From Octopus sinensis (lineage: Eukaryota), in NCBI RefSeq assembly GCF_006345805.1, contig NC_043012.1, forward strand, positions 46,624,001 to 46,688,000: a DNA stretch of 64,000 nt. The letters run 5' to 3'. The translations under genes were made by a program, and so were the position numbers. Positions 36,023-51,959 of this stretch are shown here, in pieces. The notes beneath the pieces are model-generated. The model ran no database searches, was not told where the DNA came from, and worked only from the letters and a program-made list of their open reading frames with translations. Positions within the stretch are counted from its first letter, which is position 1, and each line of letters begins with the position of its first letter.

Positions 36023-36976
36023 TTAAAATTTTTTGCCTTTCCCTTGGTGTGAATTTCTCTGTATCAGTATGTTGGAATGGTTAAGTCTGGGCTTGTACTT
36101 TTCAATGAAGAATGTTTCCTTGTTTCCTTGTGTTGATGATCCGATAGCACATTGGTAAAATGGAAAGATTAAAAATTGTGGTAGTAGTTGCTTTGCGCAT
36201 TTCTCAATGTGCTCACTAAAAGGTATCATTCTGTATTCTGGGAATGCAATCTGTTGTCGATGCAGTGTGCATCTACGTCTTAGTGATAGTCCCATGGATC
36301 CCACGTAGTCTTGGTGGCAGCCCGAGCATTTTATGACATAAATTATGTTTTCAGAGGCACAAGTAAAGTTAGATTTGATCTTGAATTTCTGTCCCTCTTT
36401 GAAGAGGAATTCTGATCCTTCTAGTAGGTTTGGACATGTTGCACAGTTCGATCTACCACATTTTTTTACTTTTGCATCCGTAATTTCAGAAAACAATTTT
36501 GCCTTTGTGAGAATCTTTTTAAGTGATTTAGGTTGTTTGTAGCTTTTACTGATTTGGTGTATGTTTAGAATTTCTTTTAATTTGGGGTCCTTATGAAGTA
36601 TTGGTAAATTCTGGGTGATGATGGTGAAGGCTTCTTTGTTTCTGGGGTTGTATGTAGATATGTAAGGTAGTATTTTCGGGGAAGGTGTGTTGTTGTGTTG
36701 AACTTTTCTTAAAGTTTCTATGTTGATTTTTGTTGCACGTCTGATCCCATCCTCTATGAGTTGAGCTGGGTAATGTCTGTCAATTAGGGTGTTTTTGAGT
36801 TCTTGCAGTCTAAAGTTCCTGGTATTTTGTTCTGACACTATTGTGCATATCTTTCTTGCAAGGTTGAAGGGGATGTTTGTTTTAGTGTGTCTTGGGTGGC
36901 ATGAATTGAAAAGAAGGTATTGTTTGGCGTCTGTGGCTTTGTAAAAAATGTCTGTTTCTATTTTAAGGTTAATTTT
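36023..36976 (-). CDS. Penelope-like RT thumb and GIY-YIG endonuclease (5'-truncated, no genuine start)
   Basis: The frame is open upstream of the listed ORF ([39 protein letters not shown]). It contains [23 protein letters not shown]...LRRR...H (GIY-YIG) and [13 protein letters not shown]. Confidence 0.88.
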   Translation of the reverse strand, partial: KINLKIETDIFYKATDAKQYLLFNSCHPRHTKTNIPFNLARKICTIVSEQNTRNFRLQELKNTLIDRHYPAQLIEDGIRRATKINIETLRKVQHNNTPSPKILPYISTYNPRNKEAFTIITQNLPILHKDPKLKEILNIHQISKSYKQPKSLKKILTKAKLFSEITDAKVKKCGRSNCATCPNLLEGSEFLFKEGQKFKIKSNFTCASENIIYVIKCSGCHQDYVGSMGLSLRRRCTLHRQQIAFPEYRMIPFSEHIEKCAKQLLPQFLIFPFYQCAIGSSTQGNKETFFIEKYKPRLNHSNILIQRNSHQGKGKKF

Positions 36977-37084
36977 TTAAATTAGTATATCCATACATAC
37001 ATACATACATACATACATACATACATACATACATACATACATACATACATACATACATACATACTTACATACATATACGCTTAT

Positions 37085-37210
37085 ATATACGACGGCTTTC
37101 AGTTTCCGTCTGTCACAAGACTTTGGTCGGCACGAGGCTATAGTAGAAGAGACGTGCCAAAGGTGCCACGCAGTGCGACTGAATCCGGAACCATGTGGTT
37201 GGTCAGCACC
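37085..37210 (-). mobile_element. SINE family A 5' half
   Basis: acgacggctttcagtttccgtc...gtgccacgcagtgcgactgaatccggaaccatgtggttgg. Confidence 0.85.
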
Positions 37211-38044
37211 TATATATACAATTAATATGAACAACAGTTTGCAATGTTTCACCAAAAAGAAGAATTATAAATGTCACTAAATGCGACAAGGGTGTTAAAC
37301 AACTTCTAAATTGCTAGAAATAAGAGTTAAAATGCTCTAATGCTGTAGTTAACGCACAGGAACGAAAACATATATTCTAACAGGAATAATAATCGTCCAA
37401 AATGTGCCGATCGGAAATGCTTAATACTGACGCTTCAGTTTCGGCAATTTAGTATATTTCTATATGAACAAGTGGTGAGTTAATGATTTAAATATCAGTT
37501 TAGGCTTAAAAACAATACAGGGAATTAAGAATTCAAACCTGTAATATATTCTTGCCGAAAAAGACATTAAAAGTAAACATAACTAATATTATTACAATCG
37601 CTGTTAATGATTTTAGTTTGTAGCATTGAAAGACTTACTACGGATTGTTACACTTTGATTGTTCTCATATATTCTATTTCTAGACGAATCATGTGATCAA
37701 TAACTAAAATCAGCCTTACACAATGCATGACCTAAGCTATTCAAGAGACTTCAAAATAAGCAAATATCAATTCTTAATCCTTATGCCACAACTGTGTGTG
37801 CGTGTTTTTGTGTCACCTTATGTATAAAGATATATATATATATTTAAATGACGGATTATTCAATGCCTTATAGCAGGCTACGTGTTTATTAACATTAAGA
37901 AGAAAAGATTCTGGCAATATCTTCGAAGTTTCGTTTTGCTCATATTCATCACACTGGACTCGTTATAATTGTATTCCTTTGGATTTTATATCGTCTTTAG
38001 CAATTCCCGTCTTCCCTCCCTCTCTTCCTCCATCTATTTATCTA

Positions 38045-38113
<69 letters not shown>

Positions 38114-38973
38114 ATATGTCTATAATTGGTAGGTTATCAGGTGTGAGATATAAAAAGTACGGTGAGGGTATCATAGGAGGAAATTATGTATTTGTACTCT
38201 GCCGGTTGGTAGAAAGTTATATTAAAATGATTTATTTCTGCATTTGAAGGTTTGCCATAAATTAGAATACGAGTAGACCGGTGAGAATGCACGATATTTC
38301 AACTAAGCGTTATTAAAATAACAGACACGTCTTAAACCATGTTGCTAGTTTTGCTTTCATTTTGTGTCTGTTTTCGCCCCTTCATTTCCATACCTGCCTT
38401 GAATTTGATATATCAAAATAAGCCATTCGCTAATATGTACATGCTTATACGCATGAATATAAAAATACGTCTGGTTTGTATACATATATACGTGTATTTG
38501 TGTGCACCGTCTTTGCAATGTAATCTTTAAATCATTGCTTTTACTAATTTTATACTTATATCTATGTTTGTAATTTATATTTATTCATATGGCTTTGACC
38601 TGCTATCACTTTGTTGCCGATAAAATTAAGAAAAGATGCTTTATCTGAATTATGCCATTCTTGTTATCCTTCCAAAGGTGAAGATTTCTTACAAATTATT
38701 GAACAGTTTAGTGAGTATCAACTACAGCAACCACCCCACCGCGCACGCTGACAGTGTTCATCAACAGAAGTAACTTCCTCGCTCGATACCGAGACCTTCT
38801 TAACTATAATAAAATATATATCGTTTATATATGATTCCAAGTGGTTCGATTCTTAAGTCTCGCGCTGGACATGGAACGTATTGGGGAAGAGATGTGCCAA
38901 CCGTACAACTTCCCTCTCTCCTCTTCCCCCTCTCTCTCCAGCTATCTTATCTATCTATCTATCTATCTATCTA

Positions 38974-39052
<79 letters not shown>

Positions 39053-41299
39053 TATTTGTCTCATTCACTCTTGTTCCTTATTTCTTGAATAAAATATAAT
39101 GTTGAGCTAAACAATCGTAAGAAATCTCAAGATTATGTGAAATGATCAAGATAATCTATGACCTCAATATACCCTGAGCTATGCATTCTTCAGTGAGGTT
39201 GCTATATCGCCTTTCTGACCTTTGAAATTTGACTGCTGATCGATTTACTTCTTTGGTTTGCCTGAAAACCCATTTTCGTACGTGTCGGGCGACAAGATTT
39301 TAAATAACTTTACCAAAAGTTCATTTATCACGAGTTGGTGCAGCCATAGGTGAGAGCTGACGGTTAGAGAACGATAAGGTATCCTGAAAGGAAATCATTA
39401 CAACCCTTACTTCATATGTCATACCTCCATTTTATGCTATTTTATGATTATATCAGCATTCATCAGAAAATACAGAATAGTTACACTTAATTAGAAGCCA
39501 ATAAGTTTTGTATTTTGTGATTTTCATAAGCAGTGTAAGAGTAATATAAAGTTTGTAGTTGAAGAAAATTTGATCTTCCTTTTATTTTTCTATATAAGTT
39601 GTTTAGTATTTGTCATAATCGCGTGAGAGTGATATTCTTCAAGGTTTTACTATGTAGCAAACTTGATTATTCTGCATTTGTTTCATGTATTTTGGTTGAT
39701 CCTGTATATATCGACAGGGACTAAGGGAGCGTTTGCTGTAGAAAAATCCTTGTTTTTCACATGCCCAGATAGTGTTTCATATTGTACATATTTTTTAATA
39801 TATAGATGAGTTTAATATAAGGTTGGTGTGCGGACGTATCTAGTTGTTGTTATTGCTGTAGTCGTCTTCGTCATCATTGTTGTAGCTGTTAGCCATCGGA
39901 TTATGTACCATTAAGTAGTATAGGATTCAAAGACATTCTGGCTATGAAGATCCAGCCACATTTTAAACTGATCAGTTTTGTAAGCTGCTAGAAGGCCATG
40001 AGAGATACACTGCACAGTTAAGTATGACGCATCTAGTGAATACATAACGTTCTGTTTTTGGTTAGTGTGTGATTTATTGTCATTCCTTATAATATCATTC
40101 AAAAATAAGCCAAAATGTATGTAACATCCTTTGTACTGTTATGACGCTCTATTGTTGTCCGATCAGTTCTTTGATCAAAAATATTCCTTCCATGGGTACC
40201 TTTCCTTTATATCAGAATATCAAATAGTGAATAATTTGCTTTTCTTTTATTTGACAAGATGTAATTTGATTGTGAAGTAGTTATTGTTTTCAGAAGTTCT
40301 GGCGACATATTGCCTTGTGTTCACCAAAGTTATAAGATGAGTATATAAGCAAACTTACTTTTTTTTCCAGTTTACTTCTTAACGTCTCCTACGACTTGAG
40401 GAAAATGTATTTTGCTTTTGCGGTATATTGATATTTTTTATGTTTACGTAGATAAATCCGGCATTATTTTGTAATAGCTGTACCAACGGGAATGTTGGAT
40501 TTTCCAGTGTTAAAGGGCAGTTTATTTTTTAAACGGGATTCTACATAGGTAATATAAAATCCTAACAGTTGTCTAAGAAAGACATGATAAATGCCAAAAT
40601 CCGGATACATTTAGTTAACTTCAAGACGCTCTCAAAAACTTGGATGCAATACTTCTGAAGCCAAAAAGATAAAAAAAGAAGAAAAAAAGAAGTGAATAAT
40701 TTGATTCTATGATTTATTCGCGAATATTAACGGCGGACATATGCACAATCTCTTATATATGTAATAGAACATAGATGAGTGGCGTCGTCTAAGACAATTC
40801 GCAATTTTTTTCAGCTGCACATTAGTATAGTGTTGATAACTTTGATAATTTCTTAGGTAGAATTCTTAAGGTTTATACATGGGGTGAACTGATAAAATAA
40901 AAAAAAAATAGTAAAATGGGTCCATGCTTTGCTATATATCGTTATTGAATTACAGATTGGTAAGTTCTTCAGAACGAGGAATTTAGTATGCCAAGAATGC
41001 ATCACTACCTATTCGTGCTCACCGCGATAAGAATATAATAATATGAATGTTTATGTTGCGTATAATTAATAATTTTATGCCATAAAGCCAGCTATTGGAA
41101 AACATGCACCAAGCAATAGTGATAGACGGTTGCATATAGCCTTCAGTTCCTATAGATTATTGCCTATTGATGCACATAACAGTATTGATTAATATTGAAA
41201 GCAAGCAATGAGCGACGTGAATTGTTTTTTGTACGTAATAATCAGGGTTTTTGTTTGATGTATACAATACATCTAGCAAAAAGTCAATAATCAAAACAA

Positions 41300-43831
<2,532 letters not shown>

Positions 43832-43978
43832 GTGAAATAGAAAGATGAATAATCTAGTAGTAGATTAATCAAAAGTTTAACCGATACCTTAGTAGCAAAA
43901 TCACAGCAGTGAACAGCACGGTTGGAGGTACAACCATCTGGCTTGCAACCGTGCGTTGGTGCGGATAATTGAAATTAA

Positions 43979-44171
43979 AACATTATTGGTGAATTGAAGA
44001 AATGGAGCTGAACGCAGATTGAACAGAAATCGTTTTATTTCATTCTACACGTGTTTCGAAAGGCACATCAATCGGATTTTGGTAATTTGTGCCTTCGAAA
44101 CACGTGTAGAATGAATAAAACGATTTCTGTTCAATCTGCGTTCAGCTCCATTTCTCAATTCACCAATAATG

Positions 44172-44173
<2 letters not shown>
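43979..44173. repeat. near-perfect inverted repeat (arms of about 87 bp, 20-nt loop), Penelope-terminus-like
   Basis: The arms differ only by three 1-nt indels. Each contains GAAACACGTGTA followed by AATAAA. Confidence 0.9.
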
Positions 44174-44222
<49 letters not shown>

Positions 44223-44874
44223 TACATTGATAGATAGATAGATGCCTGTTCATACTTGCCGTTATATATTTTTCTATATGTATTTGTTTGTAGACTCTCT
44301 TCAGCAATGGCAGTCCTGAATTCACTTCAAGATTATTTAAATTGTTGCTTAAGGTTTGAAAACTGCGTCATGCCACTGAAATTTAAGGAAGATACAACCA
44401 ATACATACAAAGCGTGTTCGATTAAGTTTGAAGAAATGTGATGAAAAACATAGGTGAATGAAGACGTAGACGCAGTGAGCGCTCGGTAAGGAACGCTTCC
44501 ATGCTGTTTGCTGAGAGTTTACAGTAGAATTAATTAACTGGTTAAAAAATTAATCCTTGTTCAGATTATCGGTGATTATCGCCGATATTCTGTAGTACTG
44601 AGCGGTATTTTATTCTTGAATTCATGTGAAAGAGTAAGAGGAATTTCTTGGTGACACGATCCAAACAAGTGCGTTGTTGGTAAAATTTGGATATTTCTAA
44701 TTTAAAAGATATCTTTATATGTTTGGTTAAGTATAAATATATTGAATACAAGGAAATCATTGTTAACCTGAATAATACGAATATACATGTACAGAGATTT
44801 ACGTACATATATACACAGACCGACAGGCAAGTAGGTAGACATACATACGTCCATACATATACGTACAAAAACAT

Positions 44875-45180
44875 AAATTCCTTCAAGACAAGACTATATT
44901 CCCAGCAAAATTCATTTCGATACACTGAAAATAGGACAGCAACGAGCTTCCATAACTCTGTCTAGCAGTTGAAAGAAAATAACACCCGTCTTTTTAAAAT
45001 CGACTGGAAAATCTTGGGGAGAGCAGCACCATATTAGCATGGAGCGCATAGAGGCCCAGTGAGATGCAAATTGTCCCTGACTGAAAAATTGTTCATCCTT
45101 TTCCCTGAAACAAACGTTGGATCTTTTAAATTCCTGTAAATTCGTCACGAAGTATATACTTTGATTTTCGCATTTCAATT
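44875..45180 (+). mobile_element. Penelope-like GIY-YIG C-terminal relic (possibly Naiad-type)
   Basis: SFKTRLYSQQNSFR...TSF.NSV*QLKENN...IDWKILGRAAPY...RCKLSLTEKLFI resembles FKTR..H..SF...LS..IW.LK...I.W.I...Y...C.LC..EK..I. Confidence 0.7.
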
Positions 45181-45529
45181 CGATATTTTTTACCTAAAAC
45201 CTGCACCACTTTGTATAACATTCGTCTTTCAAGAAAACTTTCGACTGGATACAAAGTATATATTATAATTTTATTATTATTATTTTTATTTTTATTATTT
45301 TATTGTAACTTCTACTTTTTAATACACCTTTTATAAACCGTATGAAATTTTTCTTGTTTCTCTTTTTACATCACAATTTAGCCCATAGAACCTTTTAACG
45401 TTGACTTCTTGTGTAAACCTAAAAGAGCATCCACTATCGTCCAAAAATTTGTTTTATAGGTATCGAAAACCCGAATGGATTTTTAAATCATTTTTTTTAG
45501 TTATTGTTATTATTTTTTTAGTAGCGTCT

Positions 45530-45710
45530 TATTAAGGTGCCAAGGTGACAAAATCACTAGTGCGCCTTTGTTCCCGCTTTCAAATTCTCCCACCGGAGTC
45601 AACTTATTTTTTAGATAAGATAAGATACCGTGTTAGTGCGTATATTGAATTATCGACTAACACCATCTCAAAATTTACTGTATCTGTATCCGGATTAGAA
45701 AGCATTATTC
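45530..45710 (+). mobile_element. SINE family B, degenerate copy
   Basis: taaggtgccaaggtgacaaaatc...ttcaaattctcccaccggagtcaac...ttagaaagcattatt. Confidence 0.5.
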
Positions 45711-46569
45711 GCCTTCTTTCTTCATTGAAGTTACACCTAATTTAGAACAATCTCCCTTCATATTCCTCCATTTCCTATCACTTTCCGTACACATTCAAAT
45801 ATGTACGGAATTTCTAATTTTCAACAGATTTCAAGCATATTTCATTGCTGTAAGTTGTAACCCTATACAAGCTTTTGAATATGTAATAATGTAAGTGAAA
45901 TATATGCATTCTCAATATCGTATTGTTCTGATATTGTTCTTTCATATCAAAATATATTCCGACTGTTGTTATTTTTAATGAACCTCTTACTACTGATGTC
46001 ATATAATTGGTCCATTCATTTTGTCGTTTGCAAGGGACAGGAAACGAATTCATACTTTCCTAATTCATGGTTTTATAAATTAAAAATGAATTGTATATGT
46101 TTATTTCGATCAACATTTTCACAGACACACACACACAAACGCATGTAATCTATCTTGTCGTTCGTGATAATTTGACTGACTCAACAATTAATTTTCCACT
46201 ACTGGTCAGTAGGAATATTAAATGCAGTAGAACAATGTGGGAAAAATACCTATCTCAAATATTATAGTGTTATTCGACTCCTTGAATTTAGGACATTTGT
46301 CTCTAAATTGAATTTGTGCTGGTGAGAAATGCAAGTAATAAAAGTCAAACAATTTCCATATTTTAGAACTGAAGAGAACGAAATATGGGAATTGCAACAA
46401 CCATGAGGCCAAAAGCAAGTTATTAAATTGTATAGGGCAATGAGAAGAAAACAAATGATGCAAATAACACTTCATTGGTTTTCATCGACATAGATAATTT
46501 CCCAGGGGAGCTAAAATTCATTGTTATATAGGTCTTCTACTTTCTCAATTTTATTTTCAAGAAGCTATG

Positions 46570-46625
<56 letters not shown>

Positions 46626-46626
<1 letters not shown>

Positions 46627-46674
46627 TCTTTACTTTTTTACTTGTTTCAGTAAATTGATTGTTGCCATGCCGGA
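46626..46674 (-). mobile_element. SINE family A 3' end, separated from its body by the LTR element
   Basis: ctctttacttttttacttgtttcagt...gccatgccgga. The SINE resumes at 48740 (ctggagcatcgagcaaatcgacc). Confidence 0.85.
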
Positions 46675-48739
46675 TGTTGTGTGGACGCCCCAGACGATGA
46701 AGTAGGCTAACCCAATACGTAGATATAAAAGTCTAGACGTCGGGAATTGTTTAGAGGTCATCCGAACGTGGCGACGAGGATTTCGTAGATCACACAGCCA
46801 TTGTGTAGTATTGCGATATAACTGTGGCGATGAGGATTGCGTAGCACACACAGCCACTGTGCAATATTGCGATATAGGAGTGGCGACGAGGTTTCGAATA
46901 GTACCAAAATGGAAGAGTTACTGAAAGCAGATGTAAAACAACAAGAGCAGCAGCAACTACAGAAGTCAACAGAATTGTTACTGCTGTCGAGAAATACGAG
47001 AGAATCATTTTCGGCAGATGGTGTTGCAAATTCATTCGAATAATTTCACTACAATCCGGATAAAAGAACTACTTTTGATGCATATTAAAGACGATACGAA
47101 GACATATTCCAAGGGATGGTCTAGTGAAACGAAGGTAAGGCTCTTTTGTGAAATCTTGCTACTCCGGAACACGAAAGATTTTGTTATTTTATTTTGCCGA
47201 GAAAGACCATGGAATTGTGTTTTGATGAAACGATAAATATTTTGACTAATATTTTTAGTGAGAAAAGTTCGCAGTTTAACATTCGACGGGAATGTTTAAA
47301 TTTAAAGAAAAACGAGTCCGATGATTTTGAAACATGTGCCGGTATGGTTAAGGCTTGCGGAAGGTTTAAGCTGGAAGAATTAACGCCAGATATGTTCAAG
47401 TGCCTAATATTCGTTAAAAGGCTAGTGGCAATAAAAGACGCGGAAATTAGAAAAAGAATATTATCAAAGTTGAATCAAGATGTGAAACTCACTTTGCAGA
47501 AAGTGGCTGGGGAATGCCAACAATTAATAAACCTTCGAGATTATACAAGAAGATAGAAGACAAGAATAATAATGTACAAATGTGTAAAGAAAGTACAGAA
47601 AGAAGGCAAAATTTATGGTTGCGGAGGTGGACATTTGAGGAAAGATTGCCCCACTGGACATATACAGACGAAATGCCGGTCAGAGAAAATGGTAAAACAA
47701 GAAATTCTACGAAAAAAAATTATATCAGACAAAACCGAAAATTTGTGTTGGTAGAAATAAATGGGTTTCATACCAAAATTCAATTAGATACCGGTATCGA
47801 TAATAAATACGGCAACATGGAGTAAGATAGGCAGGTCGTTGTATAAAAAAAACTACTAGGATAGCCCACGGTGTGTCAGGGGAACGAGTTCAATTCTTGG
47901 GCAAAATTTCACCAGAAATAAAACTTAAAAACAGGACGCGGAAATGTAAACTAATGATATCTAAGAATACAATGAATCTGTTCGGGACAGATTTGATGGA
48001 AGAATTCGACCTGTGGGATCAATCACTGAATACATTATGTAACAAGGTGAATGCGTCACAGTCCGTGTCAGCGAAAGCATCGGAAAAAATGAAATTAAAA
48101 TTGAAAAACATGTACCCTGATATTTTTTCGAAAGAGCTCGGTATGTGTGAAAAAAAAAAAAAGTAAAGTTTGAGTTGAGAGAAAATGCGCTGCCGGTGTT
48201 CAAACCGAAAATGAATGTACCTTTTGCGACGTTAAATCAAGTTAAGAAGGAATTCAAAAGATTGGAAGACATGGAAGTAGTTGAAAATGTAGACTACTCT
48301 GAGTGGGCGGCTCCTGCGGTATATGTAAAAAAAAGAAGAACGAGGTACGAGTATAGTAAAACGACCAAAATACGAACACAAAAGGCGTTTAAACCAATTA
48401 AATAAAAGATATACCAAAAACCCAGAGAAGCGAGAAGAACCAATGGATTTATGGTATGATTTGTTACAGGTCCCAGAACCACAAGCAAAACCGATACGTA
48501 GGTGGAAAAGGAAAAGAAAACCTACAGAAATGATAGATATTAACGCTAAGAGAAAAAGATATGCCAGATTCTCACCAAGGAAATAAAATTGAGAAATTCG
48601 GGTTTAAAAAACTCAAAAGGGGGAGGTGTTGTGTGGACGTCCCCATACGATGAAGTAGGCTATCCCAATACGTAGATAGAGATGGAGAATTCTAGACGTC
48701 GGGAGTTGAGTAGAGGTTATTTGAACGTGCTATATAACA
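46675..48739 (+). mobile_element. internally deleted Ty3/Gypsy (Mag-like) LTR retrotransposon
   Basis: LTRs start TGTTGTGTGGACG at 46675 and 48627, and the 3' LTR ends ...TAACA at 48739. PBS TGGCGACGAGGAT, PPT AAAAGGGGGAGG, 5-bp TSD CCGGA/CTGGA. Protein pieces: gag (LTPDMFKCLIFV), knuckle GCGGGHLRKDC, protease LDTG, and RT start (YSEWAAPAVYVKK). Confidence 0.9.
46769..46892 (+). repeat. 56-bp tandem repeat, each unit starting with the PBS
   Basis: TGGCGA(C/T)GAGG at 46769, 46825 and 46881. Confidence 0.9.
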
Positions 48740-48913
48740 CTGGAGCATCGAGCAAATCGACCCCAGGACTTATTCTTTGTAAGCTTAGTACTTATTCTGT
48801 CGGGTTCTTTTGCCGAACCTCTAAGTTACGTGGGCGTAAACAAACCATCATCTTTTGTCAAGCGATGTTGGAGGCACAAACACAGACACACAATCGTATA
48901 CACACACATACAG

Positions 48914-48966
<53 letters not shown>

Positions 48967-49120
48967 GACGGGCTTCTTTCAGTTTCCGTCTACCAAATCC
49001 ACTCACAAAGCTTGGGTCGGCCCGAGGCTATAGAAGAAGACACTTACCCACGCAGTAGGATGAACTTGGAACCATGTGGTTCTTTAGCAAGCAACTTACC
49101 ACACAGCCACTCCTACGCCT
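48740..49120 (-). mobile_element. SINE family A body and head
   Basis: Ends ...cttaccacacagccactcctacgcct, the reverse complement of the head at 11881. Confidence 0.9.
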
Positions 49121-49871
49121 AATTGTTCTATATATATATATATATATATATCTATATATATATATATATATGTATATACAATTATATATTTATAATTATA
49201 TAATGGTAATTCCAAAGTTCATTGGCAACAGAAACAGCTGTTGGATGGGATGCAGTCTTTCTGTAAATTATTAATAAATAATAATTGATGCAGATCAATT
49301 GTTGTCCAGCAATGTTATCTCAATTTTCTAAGTTTTTTAATATAATTATATATAGATATATATAAGCATTTATGTATATATACTTATATAACACAATATA
49401 CATGTGTGTATATATATTTGTATATATGTAGACGGGTGTTCACAGGTGTGCGTTGATGTTTGTGTATGTGTGTGTTTTTGTGGATGGATAGATATCTGTG
49501 TATTGTAGTATACAGGAAACATTCTCCAATTTCAGTTTTGATGTCATTTATTAAGTATTTTCACATTCGATAGTGTACCACAAATTGTAAACAGTGCGTA
49601 CGTTTACCAGATTATGCATTACGATACTGACATTTAATGAATTGTCTTGTCGAACCATTATGAAAACGTAAATTTGTAAGTTGCGATCAGATGGAGAATG
49701 GCATTTCACTACAAATTCAAATCTGGAAATCATTTGTGGCGACGAGGGATTAAATAAGGTGAAATTTCACTTAACCTAAACTGAGTGATTATCATTTCAA
49801 GTACCGTTGTACTTAGAGAGTTGTTCTATAATATATACTTTTCAATAGAGTATATTAGTTGAAGATTCCAG

Positions 49872-49990
<119 letters not shown>

Positions 49991-51290
49991 TAAATTTCTG
50001 TTCTATTATTATCTTTGTAATTAATATTTTATTGGATCTATCGTGATTTTTTTTAGACCACTCCTCATCTACTTTTATTCTCTAGACATTCTGAAAGAGA
50101 TAATAATGCTATATTTTGTTGAAAAATCTTGCGTAGGGAAAGACAGTACCAATAGTCAACATTTATTTTTATTGTTAATATAAAGCACAGTTTGCAAAGG
50201 ATAAATTATTTGTTACACGAGGCAACGCTCCAGTCAGTTGTTTACTGATATTTCTGTACCAAATAGGCTACAAAACAGGGTCAAATGTTTGTTAACTAAT
50301 GATAGGACATCTATGAGAGGACTGTTTTAGACTTGACCCTTGGCAGGCGATGAACTTTACATATCTTCCTGTTATATAAATAATATCTCTAAGCTTATAC
50401 CTAAAACTAAAATACAAGCATTCATATAAATGGCATAAGTGACATTCCAAATAAAATACAGCGGGAGAAAAACATATACAGTATTACTACACATTCAGTT
50501 TTCAGACTAAAGAAACTGAATTAAAGACTTGTTCGGTCGTATATTTACACTCTCACTTGTACTGAAAAAATAAATACCAAATGTGTACAGATAATGTTTT
50601 AATCGACTCTTATTCGTTACAAAACGCTGTTCGTGCCACTGATCCAATCAACTGTATTCATTGTCTTTAACATTCTCTTACATTGCCAACAATATAGCAC
50701 GCAATACAAATGTATTTTGTCATTAGCTCCTATATCTTGAAAGTTCAGTAGTGTCATTAAAACTAACAAAACTTCTAACCTGTGTCTACTTTATTACGCG
50801 AAATTTGAGTCTTATAGAATTCCTCCAAATTAACTCTAGTATTTTGTAAAGAATAACAGATTAGTTTCTTTCCTTCTCACTAATGTAGGCCAGATAGATT
50901 GCCTGGACTGAAAAACTAGTATTACAATTTTGCAGAATCGTTTGAGCATCAGACAAAATATCTTACGAAATTACTTCAGATTATCCATGTTCTTGGTTCA
51001 AATGTCGCCAAGGCCAAAATTCCAATCAGTCACTTCATTGTCAGTGTAGAACTGGGGATATCTAAATCAAAAAACAAATACAACCCTTCAAAATTCAGCA
51101 CGTCTATATCTATTTGAAACTGTTAAATTTGGGCTCTGTTGCATAGAATATCCGCGTCTTCAACAAATATTGGCCAGGTAACCGTTCAGTAGGGAAAAGG
51201 AGAGAATACTATAGTATTCGAGTATATCCATGGCACGTTTATAAATCACTACAAACACCATCAATGAAGCGGACACTACTGTCAGTGCCT

Positions 51291-51432
51291 CGTCATCGTC
51301 ATCATCATCATCATCATCACCATCACCTTCACCATGATCATCACCAACATCATCATCATCACCATCATCATCATCATCCTCATCATCACCACCACCATCA
51401 CAACCATCACCATCACTACCATCATCATCACC
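51291..51432. repeat. (CAT)n/(CAC)n microsatellite
   Basis: Directly visible. It explains the poly-His and poly-Asp ORFs. Confidence 0.97.
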
Positions 51433-51959
51433 AGCAAAATCAACACAATAATTCGCACTCTTTCTAAACAACAAGGAAGCACCCTTTACCTAGGCCAAAA
51501 ACCTTGTGAAGGGGAGCGGAAATTGCCATTTTAGTTAAGGCTTTGACAGCAATTGCTCGGTAAGAGGCAGATAGTTCTATCTGAGATGCATATCTAATAC
51601 TTGACCTGTTTTGCTTCGAAGGTCAGAGACACTACTTAACGTTGAAAGAATGGAACAAAGGGTTAATTGTTTTGGGACCACATTGGAGATCTAGATCAAA
51701 GCGGAAGCAATGAAAATATGCCCTATCTTATGTACCAGTTCACTAGAATGGAACTGAGTTTTGCAGTTGAGAAGAGAAAGCCACGATGCCAAATATTTTG
51801 AGCCGAAAATTGCTTCAGAGCTTTCTGACCACAGAAAAGCAAGCATCTTTTACCTGACTGGTGCCTATAGCGAAAGATGTTGGAGGTGGGAGGCAGCACT
51901 GTGGTATTTCTTCTGTCTCACTACATTGTCAGTTGACATCTCGCTGAGGAAAACTTTCC

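Larger units (their letters stand above)
35760..36976 (-). mobile_element. 5'-truncated Penelope-like element (Neptune-type)
   Basis: Open frame covering the RT thumb, Cys linker and GIY-YIG, followed by a 3' region with a hammerhead motif. Flanked by (GA)n/(TA)n and (TACA)n. Confidence 0.9.

Noticed and set aside
46769-46892. Regularly spaced motif as a CRISPR-like repeat-spacer array
   Set aside because: The intervening sequences are homologous to each other, so this is a tandem repeat containing the PBS.
49737-49750. Isolated PBS-like TGGCGACGAGGG
   Set aside because: No adjacent LTR or gag sequence could be identified.
51160-51534. Poly-His and poly-Asp ORFs
   Set aside because: The region is a (CAT)n repeat with no coding context.
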